From contig CAVRJM010000001.1 of NCBI GenBank assembly GCA_963722075.1, forward strand, positions 608,001-672,000: 64,000 nucleotides of DNA, in the 5' to 3' direction. Positions 51,087 to 62,043 of this stretch are shown here, piece after piece (the stretch's first letter is position 1; each line of letters begins with the position of its first letter). The stretch is from Candidatus Babeliales bacterium. Lineage in GTDB: Bacteria; Babelota; Babeliae; Babelales; JANWKD01. A program made the position numbers and the translations under genes. The notes under the pieces are model-generated. The model ran no database searches, was not told the DNA's origin, and worked only from the letters and a program-made list of their open reading frames with translations.

Positions 51087-51272
51087 TTACCAACTAGTTT
51101 TCTTAACACCAGGTAAAACACCTGTTAACGCAAGTTTTCTAAAACAGAGACGACACATCATAAAAAATCTGATATAACCGCGTGGTCTTCCGCAAAGCTT
51201 ACATCTATTTCGTTGACGTACAGCAAACTTGGGTATCTTATTAGCTTTTTCAATCATCGCTTTTCTTGCCAT
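51087..51272 (-). CDS. rpsN: 30S ribosomal protein S14 (61-aa Zn-binding type)
   Basis: [24 protein letters not shown]. Confidence 0.96.
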   Translation of the reverse strand: MARKAMIEKANKIPKFAVRQRNRCKLCGRPRGYIRFFMMCRLCFRKLALTGVLPGVKKTSW

Positions 51273-51280
51273 TGCTCACC

Positions 51281-51832
51281 TTATTTCTTTACTTTTTTAA
51301 ACGGCATACCAAATCCTTTGAGCAACTCTAATGCACGGTCATCTTGACCCGCGGAGGTATGTATTGTTATATTCATACCAAACACATTTTCAAATGAATC
51401 TCGTTCTGCTTCAGGGAAAATCGTCCATTCCTTTAATCCAAGATTATAATTCCCACGGCCGTCCATTTTTAATGATAGACCCTGAAAATCTTTAACGTTG
51501 GGAAGCGCTAGGTTAATTAATTTATCAAAAAAATCATACATTCTATCACGACGTAAGGTAACCATAACGCCAAGCGGCATCCCTTCACGAATTTTGAACC
51601 CTGCAATAGATTTTTTAGCAATGGTTCTAACGGGTGCTTGTCCAGCAATTTTTGTGAGCGTATCGCTTACAACCTTTAAAATTTTGCTATCGGTCACCGC
51701 TTCTTTAACACCTATATTAAGAACAATTTTAGAAATTTTAGGAACTTGCATAACGTTCTTAATTCCTAACTTGGTCATTAATTCAGGTCTAATTTTTTTT
51801 ATATACTGTTCTTCTAAACGAGATTTAGGCAT
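51281..51832 (-). CDS. rplE: 50S ribosomal protein L5
   Basis: VPKISKIVLN, KKSIAGFKIREG, DGRGNY. Confidence 0.96.
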   Translation of the reverse strand: MPKSRLEEQYIKKIRPELMTKLGIKNVMQVPKISKIVLNIGVKEAVTDSKILKVVSDTLTKIAGQAPVRTIAKKSIAGFKIREGMPLGVMVTLRRDRMYDFFDKLINLALPNVKDFQGLSLKMDGRGNYNLGLKEWTIFPEAERDSFENVFGMNITIHTSAGQDDRALELLKGFGMPFKKVKK

Positions 51833-51849
51833 TAACTAATCCTTAATAA

Positions 51850-52167
51850 TCAAAAGACCTCTTTACACTGATTGCACACACGTGCTTTTTTATTATCAAC
51901 TACGGTACTATTTAAACGACACGGCTTCTTGCAACTCGTACAAATAGGCATAACCTTAGAAACATCAAAATAGGTCTCAATTTTTTTAATTGAAGCAACT
52001 TCACCTTGTTTGCGAGCTTTTGCATGACGAGTAACTAATCCCAGACCTTGAATTCTTACTTTATTAACTTTACCGTTTTTGGTTAAAACATCAATAACCT
52101 GGCCTTGATTGCCTTTTTCTTTTCCTGAAAGAACCAAGACGGTATCATTTTTTTTTATTCTCATCAT
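51850..52167 (-). CDS. rplX: 50S ribosomal protein L24
   Basis: IKKNDTV.VLSGKEKG KOW motif; operon position. Confidence 0.93.
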   Translation of the reverse strand: MMRIKKNDTVLVLSGKEKGNQGQVIDVLTKNGKVNKVRIQGLGLVTRHAKARKQGEVASIKKIETYFDVSKVMPICTSCKKPCRLNSTVVDNKKARVCNQCKEVF

Positions 52168-52179
52168 AAATTATAATCC

Positions 52180-52578
52180 TTAAATTACTTCAGGCGCCAA
52201 AGAAACTACTTTTGGGTGGCGCTCACGCATTTCGCGCGGGACGGGACCAAAAATTCGGCTTCCGACCGGTTCTGCTTCTGCTTTTGCAGAATCCATTTTC
52301 TTAAGCAAAACAACCGCATTATCACCAAAACGAATATAGCTGCCATCAGCACGACGGAACTCTTTACGTGTTCTTACTACAACCGCTTTGTAAATTTCTT
52401 TTTTCTTCACGCCAGCATTTGGTATGGCATCTTTAACTGAAACGACCACGATATCACCAATAACGGCATATCGTTTTCCGGTTGCACCCTTACCATTAGG
52501 AGTCATTAAACGAAAAACCATTACCTCACGAGCACCAGAATTATCTGCAACCTTGCAGCGAGAGAGTTCTTGTATCAT
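52180..52578 (-). CDS. rplN: 50S ribosomal protein L14
   Basis: [33 protein letters not shown]. Confidence 0.96.
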   Translation of the reverse strand: MIQELSRCKVADNSGAREVMVFRLMTPNGKGATGKRYAVIGDIVVVSVKDAIPNAGVKKKEIYKAVVVRTRKEFRRADGSYIRFGDNAVVLLKKMDSAKAEAEPVGSRIFGPVPREMRERHPKVVSLAPEVI

Positions 52579-52586
52579 AATTCACC

Positions 52587-52862
52587 TTATTCCATTTTTT
52601 TGGATTTAATAACACGCGATAAATAAAGGAACTTCGTTTTAGAACATGGCCGACCTTCCAAAACTTCGACAACGTCTCCTACCTGTGCCACTTCTTGTTC
52701 ATCATGAACCTTATATTTTTTAAAAGATTTAACAACTTTATGGAGGAGCGGTTCAGAATAGGTTCTTTCAACTTTAATGACAATGGTTTTATCCATTTTG
52801 TCGGAAATAACTTCACCTATAATTGTTTTTTTTACTTTTTTTTCAGTTTCGTGAATAGCCAT
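52587..52862 (-). CDS. rpsQ: 30S ribosomal protein S17
   Basis: GEVISDKMDKTIV, KYKVHDE, RPCSKTK. Confidence 0.95.
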   Translation of the reverse strand: MAIHETEKKVKKTIIGEVISDKMDKTIVIKVERTYSEPLLHKVVKSFKKYKVHDEQEVAQVGDVVEVLEGRPCSKTKFLYLSRVIKSKKME

Positions 52863-52871
52863 CGATTACCT

Positions 52872-53075
52872 TTATTTATGTTCCTTCGTTTTTTGATTTA
52901 AATATGTTAAAGCACGTGCAATATTTTTCTTTATTTTACCAAATTTGGAATAATTTATAATATGCGTTGTTTTAGCATTAAACTTTAAACCAAAAAGTTC
53001 TTGTCTTAACTGTTCAACTTTTTCATGAAGTTGTTCTACAGACATCTCTTTAAGTTCAGTTTTTTCTTTGTTCAT
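52872..53075 (-). CDS. rpmC: 50S ribosomal protein L29
   Basis: ELFGLKF, KKNIARALT; operon position. Confidence 0.92.
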   Translation of the reverse strand: MNKEKTELKEMSVEQLHEKVEQLRQELFGLKFNAKTTHIINYSKFGKIKKNIARALTYLNQKTKEHK

Positions 53076-53487
53076 GATCTTCTAACTTTTTAACAATTTT
53101 TGTTTTCATGGGAAGTTTGTATGCAGCAAGACGAAGAAGGTCTTTTGCTTCCTGATCTTGCAATCCTTCAATCTCACAAATTATACGGCCACGTTTAACA
53201 ACGGCTACCCATAATTCCGGATTTCCCTTACCTTTACCCATTCGCGTTTCGGCAGGCTTTTTAGTCACCGGCTTATCGGGAAATACACGCAAAATTACTT
53301 TTCCAACCTTTTTTAATTTTCGAGACATCGTCACTCGAATTGCTTCAATTTGTTGAGCAGTTACCCAAGCAGGTTCTACCGCTTGTAATCCAAACTGACC
53401 AAAAGCAATCTCACGAGCACCTTTAGAAAGACCTTTGCGAGTCCCTCTTTGAACTTTTCGGTATTTAGTTTTTCTTGGCATTAACAT
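53056..53487 (-). CDS. rplP: 50S ribosomal protein L16
   Basis: [30 protein letters not shown]. Confidence 0.97.
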   Translation of the reverse strand: MLMPRKTKYRKVQRGTRKGLSKGAREIAFGQFGLQAVEPAWVTAQQIEAIRVTMSRKLKKVGKVILRVFPDKPVTKKPAETRMGKGKGNPELWVAVVKRGRIICEIEGLQDQEAKDLLRLAAYKLPMKTKIVKKLEDHEQRKN

Positions 53488-53506
53488 GATTTAACTCTTT
53501 CAACAA

Positions 53507-54139
53507 TTAACTTAAACGGAATTCACCTTTGTAAATCCATACTTTAACACCAATAACACCGTACGTAGTCATTGCTTCAGCAAAGCCATAATCAACATCA
53601 GCTCGCAGTGTATGTAACGGTATTGACCCACTACGATACCATTCATCACGAGCAATTTCTGCCCCGCCCAAACGTCCTGCACAGCAAATTTTCACCCCAC
53701 GTGCACCACTTCTTCCTGAAGAGGTTGCAGCGCGTTTCATTGCTTGCTTAAAATTAGCACGTTTTACCAATTGTGCTGCTATATTTTTAGCAACAAGTGT
53801 AGCATCTAATTCTGGGTTTTTAACTTCTTGTACCGAAACGTCAACATTCGGTCTATTAAGCAATGCAGCTAAATCTTTACGCAATGCATCAATTTCTTGG
53901 CCTTTTTTTCCGATGACGATACCAGGACGCGCCGTATGAATTACTACACGAATATTTTCACCAGCTTTTTCAATTTCGATGCGAGCAACTTCAGCCGTTT
54001 CAAAGATATTGTTTAAATAATTCCTAATTTTTATATCTTCTAAAACCTGTTGCCCATATGATTTTCTTGCAAACCAACGCGCATCCCAATCTCCGTAAAC
54101 GCCTAATCTAAATCCTCTCGGATGTACTTTTTGTCCCAC
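53507..54139 (-). CDS. rpsC: 30S ribosomal protein S3
   Basis: GQKVHP.GFRLG, RPGIVIGKKG, GRLGGAEIAR. Confidence 0.97.
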   Translation of the reverse strand: MGQKVHPRGFRLGVYGDWDARWFARKSYGQQVLEDIKIRNYLNNIFETAEVARIEIEKAGENIRVVIHTARPGIVIGKKGQEIDALRKDLAALLNRPNVDVSVQEVKNPELDATLVAKNIAAQLVKRANFKQAMKRAATSSGRSGARGVKICCAGRLGGAEIARDEWYRSGSIPLHTLRADVDYGFAEAMTTYGVIGVKVWIYKGEFRLS

Positions 54140-54140
54140 A

Positions 54141-54479
54141 CTATACCTCTTTGCTTTCTAAAATAACATTTATATGACTAAACCGTTTTCTTAATACTGT
54201 TGGTCTTCCCTGAGCACCCGGTTTAAAATAACGATATATAGGGCCTTGATCAACACGAAAATCTTTTATAATAAGACTTTCAGGGCTAATATTGCTCTTG
54301 TTTTTAGCATTAGCAACGGCAGATTTAAGTACTTTTTCTAGAGGCTTAACTCGTTGTACAGAATTGGTTGATAACCATTCTAATGCATATTTCGCATTTT
54401 TTCCACGAATTACATCAACAAGTGGTCTTAACTTGTAGGGGGAATAATGAATATATTTTGCTTTCGCTGTAAATTGCAT
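54141..54479 (-). CDS. rplV: 50S ribosomal protein L22
   Basis: SPYKLR, KSAVANA, VDQGP, SHINV. Confidence 0.95.
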   Translation of the reverse strand: MQFTAKAKYIHYSPYKLRPLVDVIRGKNAKYALEWLSTNSVQRVKPLEKVLKSAVANAKNKSNISPESLIIKDFRVDQGPIYRYFKPGAQGRPTVLRKRFSHINVILESKEV

Positions 54480-54498
54480 TTTTTATCCTTAATTTCTA

Positions 54499-54786
54499 TT
54501 AAGTAGGGGACGGAGTTCCAGCTTTTCGCTGTCCACTATGTAACCTAAAGGTTCTCGTTGGTGCAAATTCTCCTAAATAATGGCCCACCATGTTCTCAGT
54601 AATAAATACTGGAATAAATTTTTTGCCATTATGAACTGCAATCGTTAACCCAACAAAATCGGGTATTATCATACTATTACGAGACCATGTTTTAATCACT
54701 TCTCTTTTACCACTTGTTTTTAGTCGTTCGATTTTTTCTATAAGCGAATCAGCGACAAAAGGACTTTTCTTGGTTGATCTTGCCAT
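54499..54786 (-). CDS. rpsS: 30S ribosomal protein S19
   Basis: [22 protein letters not shown]. Confidence 0.97.
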   Translation of the reverse strand: MARSTKKSPFVADSLIEKIERLKTSGKREVIKTWSRNSMIIPDFVGLTIAVHNGKKFIPVFITENMVGHYLGEFAPTRTFRLHSGQRKAGTPSPT

Positions 54787-54807
54787 ATTATTCTTTCTAA
54801 CTAAATG

Positions 54808-55623
54808 TTACCTTCTTCTCTTTAAAATCAAAGGGTTTTTTCTTTTACGGGTACGGCTACCTTTTGCACCCTTACCCCATGGACTTTGTGGATGAGATCC
54901 AGATTTTGAACGACCCTCACCACCACCATGTGGATGATCAACAGGGTTCATTGCCATACCACGTACGGTAGGTCGAATACCCATATGGCGTGTACGTCCT
55001 GCTTTACCTATCACAATATTTTTATAATCAGCATTCCCTAAAACACCAATAGTAGCCCAACACTCTAAACCTACTAATCGAATTTCACCTGATGGCATTT
55101 TTAATGAGGCATGTTCATCGGTTTTTGAAGTAAGCTGAACTGATGTTCCAGCACTGCGAGCAAATTTACCACCAGAATTAGGTCTAATTTCAACATTATG
55201 AATCATAAATCCTACTGGAACAGATCGCAACGGCATCGAATTACCAACGTTTGCTTCAGCATCAGCGGCTGCATATAAGGTGCTGCCCACTTTAATACCT
55301 TGAGGCATGAGGTGATATCTTTTAGCGCCGTTTGCATATACTACCAAGCCGATATGAACGTTTCTATTAGGATCATACTCTAAGGCCTTTACCGTTCCTT
55401 CAATATTACGATCAAGGCGTTTAAAATCAACAATACGATATTTACGTGCTGCACCACCGCCACGATGACGAGTTGTTATGCGACCATATGCGTTACGTCC
55501 ACCCGTTTTGTGTAACCCCTTAACTAGAGATTTTTCAGGACCTTTTTTAGATAATTCACTGGTATCAATATAGGTCTGAAATCGTAAAGCGGCACTTCTT
55601 GGTTTTCTTCTAATAATTGCCAT
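54808..55623 (-). CDS. rplB: 50S ribosomal protein L2
   Basis: GRITTRHRGGG, EYDPNR, RGMAMNPVDHPHGGGEG. Confidence 0.98.
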   Translation of the reverse strand: MAIIRRKPRSAALRFQTYIDTSELSKKGPEKSLVKGLHKTGGRNAYGRITTRHRGGGAARKYRIVDFKRLDRNIEGTVKALEYDPNRNVHIGLVVYANGAKRYHLMPQGIKVGSTLYAAADAEANVGNSMPLRSVPVGFMIHNVEIRPNSGGKFARSAGTSVQLTSKTDEHASLKMPSGEIRLVGLECWATIGVLGNADYKNIVIGKAGRTRHMGIRPTVRGMAMNPVDHPHGGGEGRSKSGSHPQSPWGKGAKGSRTRKRKNPLILKRRR

Positions 55624-55645
55624 TTGTAATCCTTAACATCTCTTT

Positions 55646-55993
55646 CTAATTTGTGGTACTTTCTTGAGCGGTGTTCTTGCTTGAAATCATGCCACCTGAT
55701 ACTAACTGAGCTAGTATATCAAAAGAGGAAGAATCTTTCAATGTGACAATCGCTTGTTTTTTTAAAGGACCAGCTGATTTTCTTCTTTTAAAAACCTTAT
55801 TTTTTCCCTTAATAACCTTAATGTTTACTGCCTTAACTTTAACATTAAAGAGCTTTTCTAAGGCTTCTTTAACTTGCGCTTTATTGGCAACAGGATCAAC
55901 TAAAAAAGTAATCTGTTGCTCTTCTTGCATAAGTTTAGTTGATTTTTCGGTAAGAATAGGTCGTCGAATTATAGAATAAATATTTAAAGCCAT
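55646..55993 (-). CDS. rplW: 50S ribosomal protein L23
   Basis: PILTEKS, ANKAQVKEA, KKQAIVTL. Confidence 0.94.
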   Translation of the reverse strand: MALNIYSIIRRPILTEKSTKLMQEEQQITFLVDPVANKAQVKEALEKLFNVKVKAVNIKVIKGKNKVFKRRKSAGPLKKQAIVTLKDSSSFDILAQLVSGGMISSKNTAQESTTN

Positions 55994-56634
55994 TTTGAAA
56001 CCATTTCTTTAAAAAGGGATATATCTTTTTGCAAAACAACCCAATGTGAACTATTCATTAAATCAAAGGCATTAACTTCATCAAAAAGAACAACATGAAC
56101 ATTAGGAATATTAATAAATGAGGAATATGCAAGAACATCATTCATTGAAACAAAAACTAAGAGTTTTTTATCATTTAGATTTGCTTCTTTTAATAAGTTA
56201 TAGGCATATGAAGTTTTAGGAGCATTGCCAGTAAAATCCCACGGTAATGCATGAATAGATCCTTTTTCAAGAAAATCATGCAAAAGCGTATTAAGAATAC
56301 CACTTCTTAATTTTTTAGAAGCTTTTAACGTACGCACACGTGGTTGTGGTCCAAAAATGATACCACCACCTCTCCATAATGGAGAACGTGCAGATCCAGC
56401 ACGCGCACGCCCTGTTCCTTTTTGCTTCCATGGCTTTCTATTGGAGTAACTTACCTCAGAGCGTCCCTTGACACCAACAGTACCCTGACGCCAATTTTGT
56501 AATAGTTGACGAATATAAATAGAAATACCCGCCCCAGCAATATCGCGATTTTCAACAGTAAGATCTAGATCACGAGAAGTTATAGGCATTGCATTACTAT
56601 GAGCTTGTTTATCTGTTTTTTTTTGAGCAATCAT
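55984..56634 (-). CDS. rplD: 50S ribosomal protein L4
   Basis: RQGT, KPWKQKGTGRARAGS, RGGGIIFGP. Confidence 0.96.
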   Translation of the reverse strand: MIAQKKTDKQAHSNAMPITSRDLDLTVENRDIAGAGISIYIRQLLQNWRQGTVGVKGRSEVSYSNRKPWKQKGTGRARAGSARSPLWRGGGIIFGPQPRVRTLKASKKLRSGILNTLLHDFLEKGSIHALPWDFTGNAPKTSYAYNLLKEANLNDKKLLVFVSMNDVLAYSSFINIPNVHVVLFDEVNAFDLMNSSHWVVLQKDISLFKEMVSKWL

Positions 56635-56641
56635 ACGTTAC

Positions 56642-57262
56642 CTATACTTTTTGAATGAAAACTAATGAACCGGAGTGACCAGGAACTGCACCTTTTACAA
56701 AAACAACATTGGCTTCTGGTTCAATTCTAACAACCTCAAGGTTTTTAATACATTGGCGATCATTACCCATGTGCCCCGGTAATTTTTTTCCTTTAATTAC
56801 GCGGCCTTGAGATCTCATAAAGCCTAGTGACCCGGGAATTCTACCAAAACGCGGTCCGTGGCTTGCTCGTCCTCCAGAGAATCCATGGCGTTTAACAACA
56901 CCTTGGAATCCATGACCTCTTGAATTACCCGTAACATTTACCAATTGACCTTGTTCTAATAAAGCGCAAAGATCAATTGATTGACCAATTGCCGCTTCTT
57001 TTAATAATTCATGAGGAATAATTTCGTTAAAGCCGTAAAAATATACGTTAGGTTTTTTTAACCATGCTTTATCGAAAGCTTTATCGGTATATTTCTTTCG
57101 TAATAAACCAATCTGAACTGCCTCGTATCCATCTCGATCCTTGGTTTTAATATTGGTAATAACCCAATTACTTAAATCAATAGCAGTTACCGGAACAACT
57201 TTATCATTCTTAGAAAAAAGTTGCGTCATTCCAATTTTTCTACCAATAACGGATTGTGACAT
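56642..57262 (-). CDS. rplC: 50S ribosomal protein L3
   Basis: KIGMTQ, DGYEAVQ, GFQGVVKRH, KGAVPG. Confidence 0.96.
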   Translation of the reverse strand: MSQSVIGRKIGMTQLFSKNDKVVPVTAIDLSNWVITNIKTKDRDGYEAVQIGLLRKKYTDKAFDKAWLKKPNVYFYGFNEIIPHELLKEAAIGQSIDLCALLEQGQLVNVTGNSRGHGFQGVVKRHGFSGGRASHGPRFGRIPGSLGFMRSQGRVIKGKKLPGHMGNDRQCIKNLEVVRIEPEANVVFVKGAVPGHSGSLVFIQKV

Positions 57263-57280
57263 TGTAATACCTTTCTAATT

Positions 57281-57586
57281 CTAACGAATCTCTACATCAA
57301 CACCGGATGATATATTTAATTTCATCAGAGCATCCATCGTTTGATCAGAAGGAGAAACAATATCTAGAATACGTCGGTGCGTTGTAAGCTCGAATTGCTC
57401 TCTTGATTTTTTATCAATATGAGGAGATCTTAACACCGTAAAGCAACGTTTCTTATTAGGCAAGGGTACCGGGCCCATAATTTGAGACCCAGTTCGTTTT
57501 GCCGTTAATACGATCTGTTTTACTGCCTTATCAAGAAGCTGATGATCATATGATTTTAAAGTTAAGCGAATCTTCTGTTTTTTCAT
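57281..57586 (-). CDS. rpsJ: 30S ribosomal protein S10
   Basis: [20 protein letters not shown]. Confidence 0.97.
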   Translation of the reverse strand: MKKQKIRLTLKSYDHQLLDKAVKQIVLTAKRTGSQIMGPVPLPNKKRCFTVLRSPHIDKKSREQFELTTHRRILDIVSPSDQTMDALMKLNISSGVDVEIR

Positions 57587-57598
57587 ATAATCCTTAGC

Positions 57599-58789
57599 TT
57601 ACTTTAAAATTTCAGTTATAACACCTGATCCAACGGTTCTACCGCCTTCACGAATCGCAAAATGCAAATCTTTTTCCATAGCAATAGGCGCTATTAAATC
57701 AACGGTAATTGATACGTTATCGCCAGGCATCACCATTTCACGGCCTGCTTCTAAGGTAACAATACCAGTAACGTCTGTTGTTCTGAAATAGAATTGTGGT
57801 CGGTATCCATTGAAGAACGGGCTATGACGGCCACCTTCATCTTTAGAAAGAATATACACTTCACATTTGAATTTTTGGTGAGGTGTTACCGTACCTGGTT
57901 GTGCAATAACCATTCCGCGTTCAATTTCTTCTTTTTTAACACCACGAAGAAGAAGACCTAAATTATCACCCGCTTGACCTTCTTTAAGTTCTTTTTTGAA
58001 CATTTCAACGCCAGTTACGGTTGTTTTAAGCGTATTGCCAAAGCCAACAATTTCAACTTCTTCACTCACTTTTACTCTACCACGTTCTACACGTCCTGTT
58101 GCTACGGTACCACGACCAGAAATTGAGAACACACCTTCAACTGACATCAAGAACGGCTTATCAATTTCACGTACTGGTTCTGGAATGTAGGTATCAACTG
58201 CTTCCATTAATTTTTTTATAGCAGGAACACCTATTTCACTAGTGTCGCCAGCTAAAGCTTTTACTGCTGAACCACGAATAAATGGGATTTTGTCGCCAGG
58301 GAAATCATATTTAGTTAATAGCTCTCTGATTTCTTCTTCAACCATGTCGATCATTTCAGCATCATCAACCATATCGATTTTGTTGAGGAATACCACGAGT
58401 GATGGAACACCAACGTTTTTTGCAAGCAAGATGTGTTCACGAGTTTGAGGCATCGCACCATCTGCTGCTGAAACTACTAAGATCCCGCCATCCATTTGCG
58501 CTGCACCGGTGATCATGTTTTTTACATAGTCAGCGTGCCCTGGGCAGTCAACGTGAGCGTAGTGACGGTTTTTAGTTTCATATTCAACGTGTGCTGTTGC
58601 AATAGTAATACCACGTGCTTTTTCTTCAGGCGCATTATCAATTTGATCATATGCTCTGAATTGTGCTAATCCTTCTTCTGCTAATACTTTGGTGATCGCA
58701 GCTGTTAATGTTGTTTTACCATGGTCAACGTGCCCAATAGTACCAATATTAACGTGAGGCTTTTTTCTTTCAAATAGTTCTCTTGCCAT
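57599..58789 (-). CDS. tuf: Elongation factor Tu
   Basis: [29 protein letters not shown]. Confidence 0.99.
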   Translation of the reverse strand: MARELFERKKPHVNIGTIGHVDHGKTTLTAAITKVLAEEGLAQFRAYDQIDNAPEEKARGITIATAHVEYETKNRHYAHVDCPGHADYVKNMITGAAQMDGGILVVSAADGAMPQTREHILLAKNVGVPSLVVFLNKIDMVDDAEMIDMVEEEIRELLTKYDFPGDKIPFIRGSAVKALAGDTSEIGVPAIKKLMEAVDTYIPEPVREIDKPFLMSVEGVFSISGRGTVATGRVERGRVKVSEEVEIVGFGNTLKTTVTGVEMFKKELKEGQAGDNLGLLLRGVKKEEIERGMVIAQPGTVTPHQKFKCEVYILSKDEGGRHSPFFNGYRPQFYFRTTDVTGIVTLEAGREMVMPGDNVSITVDLIAPIAMEKDLHFAIREGGRTVGSGVITEILK

Positions 58790-58832
58790 GTAAGTTTCTC
58801 CTAAGGAACATCTCTAAACAATTAATCAAATA

Positions 58833-60896
58833 TTATTTTTTCTCAACAATTTTATCTTGAACATGCTTTGGAACTTCACGATAACATTCAAATTCCATCG
58901 AATAGCCAGCACGTCCTTTGGTCATTGAACGAACTGACGTAGCATATCCAAGCATTTCTTCTAAAGGAACCTCTGCTAATATTACTTGGGTACCATTTTT
59001 TGATTCCATACCAAGAATTCTTCCACGACGTGAATTCAAGTCACCCATCACGTCACCCATATATTCATCAGGTGTATCCACTTCTACCTTCATGATAGGT
59101 TCTAAAAGCACGGGAGACGCTTTAGCCATCCCGCTTTTAAATGCTAATGAACCGGCAATCTTAAAGGCCATTTCAGAAGAGTCAACATCATGATATGAAC
59201 CATCAGTAAGCGCTACTTTAACGTCAACAACCGGGTATCCACCTAAAATACCTGAATTGAGCGCTTCAGTCACCCCTTTTTCAACGCCTGGAATAAATTC
59301 TCGCGGAATAGTACCACCCACAACCTTATCTTCAAAGATGAATCCTTTACCACGTTCCATTGGCTCAATATGTAACCAACAATGCCCATATTGGCCCTTA
59401 CCACCAGATTGCTTAATGTATTTACCTTCAGAATCAACCGGCTTTTGAATGGTTTCTTTATAAGCAACTTGAAGTTTTCCTTGAACTACTTCAACCTTGT
59501 GCTCTCTTTTCATACGATCAACAACAATCTCAAGGTGCAACTCACCCATTCCCTGTATTACTGTTTGACCGGTTTCTTGGTCATAAGAAAATTTAAAAGA
59601 TGGATCTTCTTGCATTAATTTTCGCAAAGAAAGAACCATTTTTTCATAATCAGCTTTATTTTTGGGTTCTACTGAAGCTGAAATTACGGTCGGCGGAATA
59701 TCAATAGATTCTAATAATAATGGGTGATCTTCTGCGCATAGGGTATTACCCGTCACCACATCCTTAACACCAACCACAGCAACAATATCACCCGCTTGTG
59801 CTGAGGCAATCTCTTCACGAGTATTAGCATGCATGCGAACCAAACGACTTATTCGTTCTTTACTGCCCTTACTTGCGTTTAACACATAAGAACCAGCTTT
59901 AAGCTCACCTGAATAAATACGAATAAAAGTCAATATCCCCACAAATGGATCTGTCATTATTTTAAATGCTAACGCACAGAATGGTTCTTTAGGATCTGCT
60001 TTTCTTGTTTCTTCTTTATCAGTATCAGGATTTATCCCAACAACTGGTGGAATATCAAGCGGAGAAGGGAGATAATCAATGACGCCATCAAGCATCAGCT
60101 GCACCCCTTTATTTTTAAAAGCACTTCCTGCAAAAGCAAGCGCAATTTTACGCTGAACGGTTCCTTTTCTTAATGCAGCTTTAACTTCTGGAATAGAAAT
60201 CTCTTCTCCATTAAGATATCTTTCAGCTAATGCATCATCAAAGTCGCATGCCTTTTCCACTAATTGACTACGTAATGTTTCAACTTGTTCTTTATACTCT
60301 GCCGGCACTTCTTGCCACTCAATGCTCAACCCTTGGTCTCCGCCAAATGTAGCAAGCTTTCTCGTTAAGAGATCAATAATGCCTGAAAAATTTTCTGCTT
60401 CCCCTACTGCTAATTGCACGGGAACAGCATTTACTTTTAATTTTTCATTTATATCGTTTACTACTCGTAGATAATTACCACCGGTACGATCAAGCTTGTT
60501 AACGAAAATAATACGTGGAACGCCATAACGATTTGCTTGTTTCCAAACCGTTTCAGATTGAGGTTGAACACCAGCTACGCCACAGAACACACCAACCATG
60601 CCATCAAGCACTCGTAATGAGCGCCCTACTTCAATAGTAAAATCTACGTGACCAGGCGTATCAATAATGTTAACCGTATGGTCTTTCCAAGAACAGGTAG
60701 TTGCTGCTGAAGTAATAGTAATACCTCGTTCACGCTCTTGTTCCATCCAATCCATGATCGCTTCACCTTCATGAACTTCACCAAGCTTATGAGTAACACC
60801 CGTATAAAACAAAATTCGTTCTGTTACCGTTGTTTTTCCGGCATCAATATGGGCAGCAATCCCTATATTTCTAAATTTATCGAGCTTTTGACTCAT
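58833..60896 (-). CDS. fusA: Elongation factor G
   Basis: [34 protein letters not shown]. Confidence 0.99.
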   Translation of the reverse strand: MSQKLDKFRNIGIAAHIDAGKTTVTERILFYTGVTHKLGEVHEGEAIMDWMEQERERGITITSAATTCSWKDHTVNIIDTPGHVDFTIEVGRSLRVLDGMVGVFCGVAGVQPQSETVWKQANRYGVPRIIFVNKLDRTGGNYLRVVNDINEKLKVNAVPVQLAVGEAENFSGIIDLLTRKLATFGGDQGLSIEWQEVPAEYKEQVETLRSQLVEKACDFDDALAERYLNGEEISIPEVKAALRKGTVQRKIALAFAGSAFKNKGVQLMLDGVIDYLPSPLDIPPVVGINPDTDKEETRKADPKEPFCALAFKIMTDPFVGILTFIRIYSGELKAGSYVLNASKGSKERISRLVRMHANTREEIASAQAGDIVAVVGVKDVVTGNTLCAEDHPLLLESIDIPPTVISASVEPKNKADYEKMVLSLRKLMQEDPSFKFSYDQETGQTVIQGMGELHLEIVVDRMKREHKVEVVQGKLQVAYKETIQKPVDSEGKYIKQSGGKGQYGHCWLHIEPMERGKGFIFEDKVVGGTIPREFIPGVEKGVTEALNSGILGGYPVVDVKVALTDGSYHDVDSSEMAFKIAGSLAFKSGMAKASPVLLEPIMKVEVDTPDEYMGDVMGDLNSRRGRILGMESKNGTQVILAEVPLEEMLGYATSVRSMTKGRAGYSMEFECYREVPKHVQDKIVEKK

Positions 60897-60910
60897 GAGA
60901 TCCCTCTACC

Positions 60911-61393
60911 TTACCATGCATAATGTGAGAATGCTCTATTAGCTTCTGCCATTCTGTGAACATCGATTTTCTTTTTTATTGCATTTCCACGCCCTTCATA
61001 AGCTTCAATAAGCTCATACGCAAGTCGTTGACCCATTGTTTTATCGGATCGCGTCTTAGCAGCCCCAATCAACCAACGCATAGCAAGTGCACGTGCACGA
61101 TCAGGACGTACTTCCATAGGAATTTGATAAACACTACCACCAACACGGCGTGGACGAACTTCTACCGCTGGAATCAATTGATCAAATGCTTTGAAGAAAA
61201 CGGTTAATCCCTTATTTTGATCCCCATTATTTTTTTTAATTAATATGTCGATAGCTTCATAGACAATACGACGGGCTATGCTTTTTTTACCACGCCACAT
61301 TACTACGTTAATGAACTTTTGGACCAATTCAGAACCAAAACGTTCATCAGGCATTATTTCTCTTTTATAGCTTACAGCTTTACGCCTTGACAT
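60911..61393 (-). CDS. rpsG: 30S ribosomal protein S7
   Basis: GKKS.A, RRVGGSVYQIP, HRMAEANRAFSH. Confidence 0.97.
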   Translation of the reverse strand: MSRRKAVSYKREIMPDERFGSELVQKFINVVMWRGKKSIARRIVYEAIDILIKKNNGDQNKGLTVFFKAFDQLIPAVEVRPRRVGGSVYQIPMEVRPDRARALAMRWLIGAAKTRSDKTMGQRLAYELIEAYEGRGNAIKKKIDVHRMAEANRAFSHYAW

Positions 61394-61410
61394 AATATAA
61401 ATCCCTTAGC

Positions 61411-61791
61411 TTATTTTTTCTTAGATTTTTTTGCACCATACAGCGAACGACCCTGCTTACGATTTTCAACGCCAGCAGTATCCAATGCGCCACGAACAAT
61501 ATGATATTTTACCCCAGGTAAATCTTTCACCTTCCCACCACGAACCAATACAACTGAGTGCTCTTGAAGATTATGCCCTTCTCCTGGAATATAAGCGGTT
61601 ACTTCTGCACCCGTAGAAAGCTTAACACGCGCTACCTTACGAAGCGCTGAGTTTGGTTTTCTGGGAGTCATTGTTTTAACCTGCAAACAAACGCCACGAG
61701 CCTGAGGGGCACCTTTAAGCGCAGGGCTTTTGGTTTTAAACAGATGTTTCTTTGAGCGCCCTTTTCGAGCGAGTTGGGTCACGGTAGGCAT
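61411..61791 (-). CDS. rpsL: 30S ribosomal protein S12
   Basis: [26 protein letters not shown]. Confidence 0.98.
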   Translation of the reverse strand: MPTVTQLARKGRSKKHLFKTKSPALKGAPQARGVCLQVKTMTPRKPNSALRKVARVKLSTGAEVTAYIPGEGHNLQEHSVVLVRGGKVKDLPGVKYHIVRGALDTAGVENRKQGRSLYGAKKSKKK

Positions 61792-62043
61792 ACTTACAAT
61801 TTCCTAAATAGTTAAATAAAAACTTGAATAAATTTACTCATATTTCGTTATGTATATTTGAAATTAGCTAACGAATCATAATAGAAGGATAAGTCTATTT
61901 TAGCCTTTTTACTAAATTTTTCAAGTGGAATTGAAAAAGATACGGTAATATAGACGTTTAAAAATATTAGTGTAAAACTATAAGCTGTCAGAAACTTTCA
62001 GGTGATAGGTATTTTAAGATTAATTTCGTACGGAGTTTACAGT

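Noticed and set aside
43156..61616. Many plus-strand ORFs antisense to ribosomal, tuf and fusA genes
   Set aside because: Shadow frames of conserved genes, with no motifs or RBS support.
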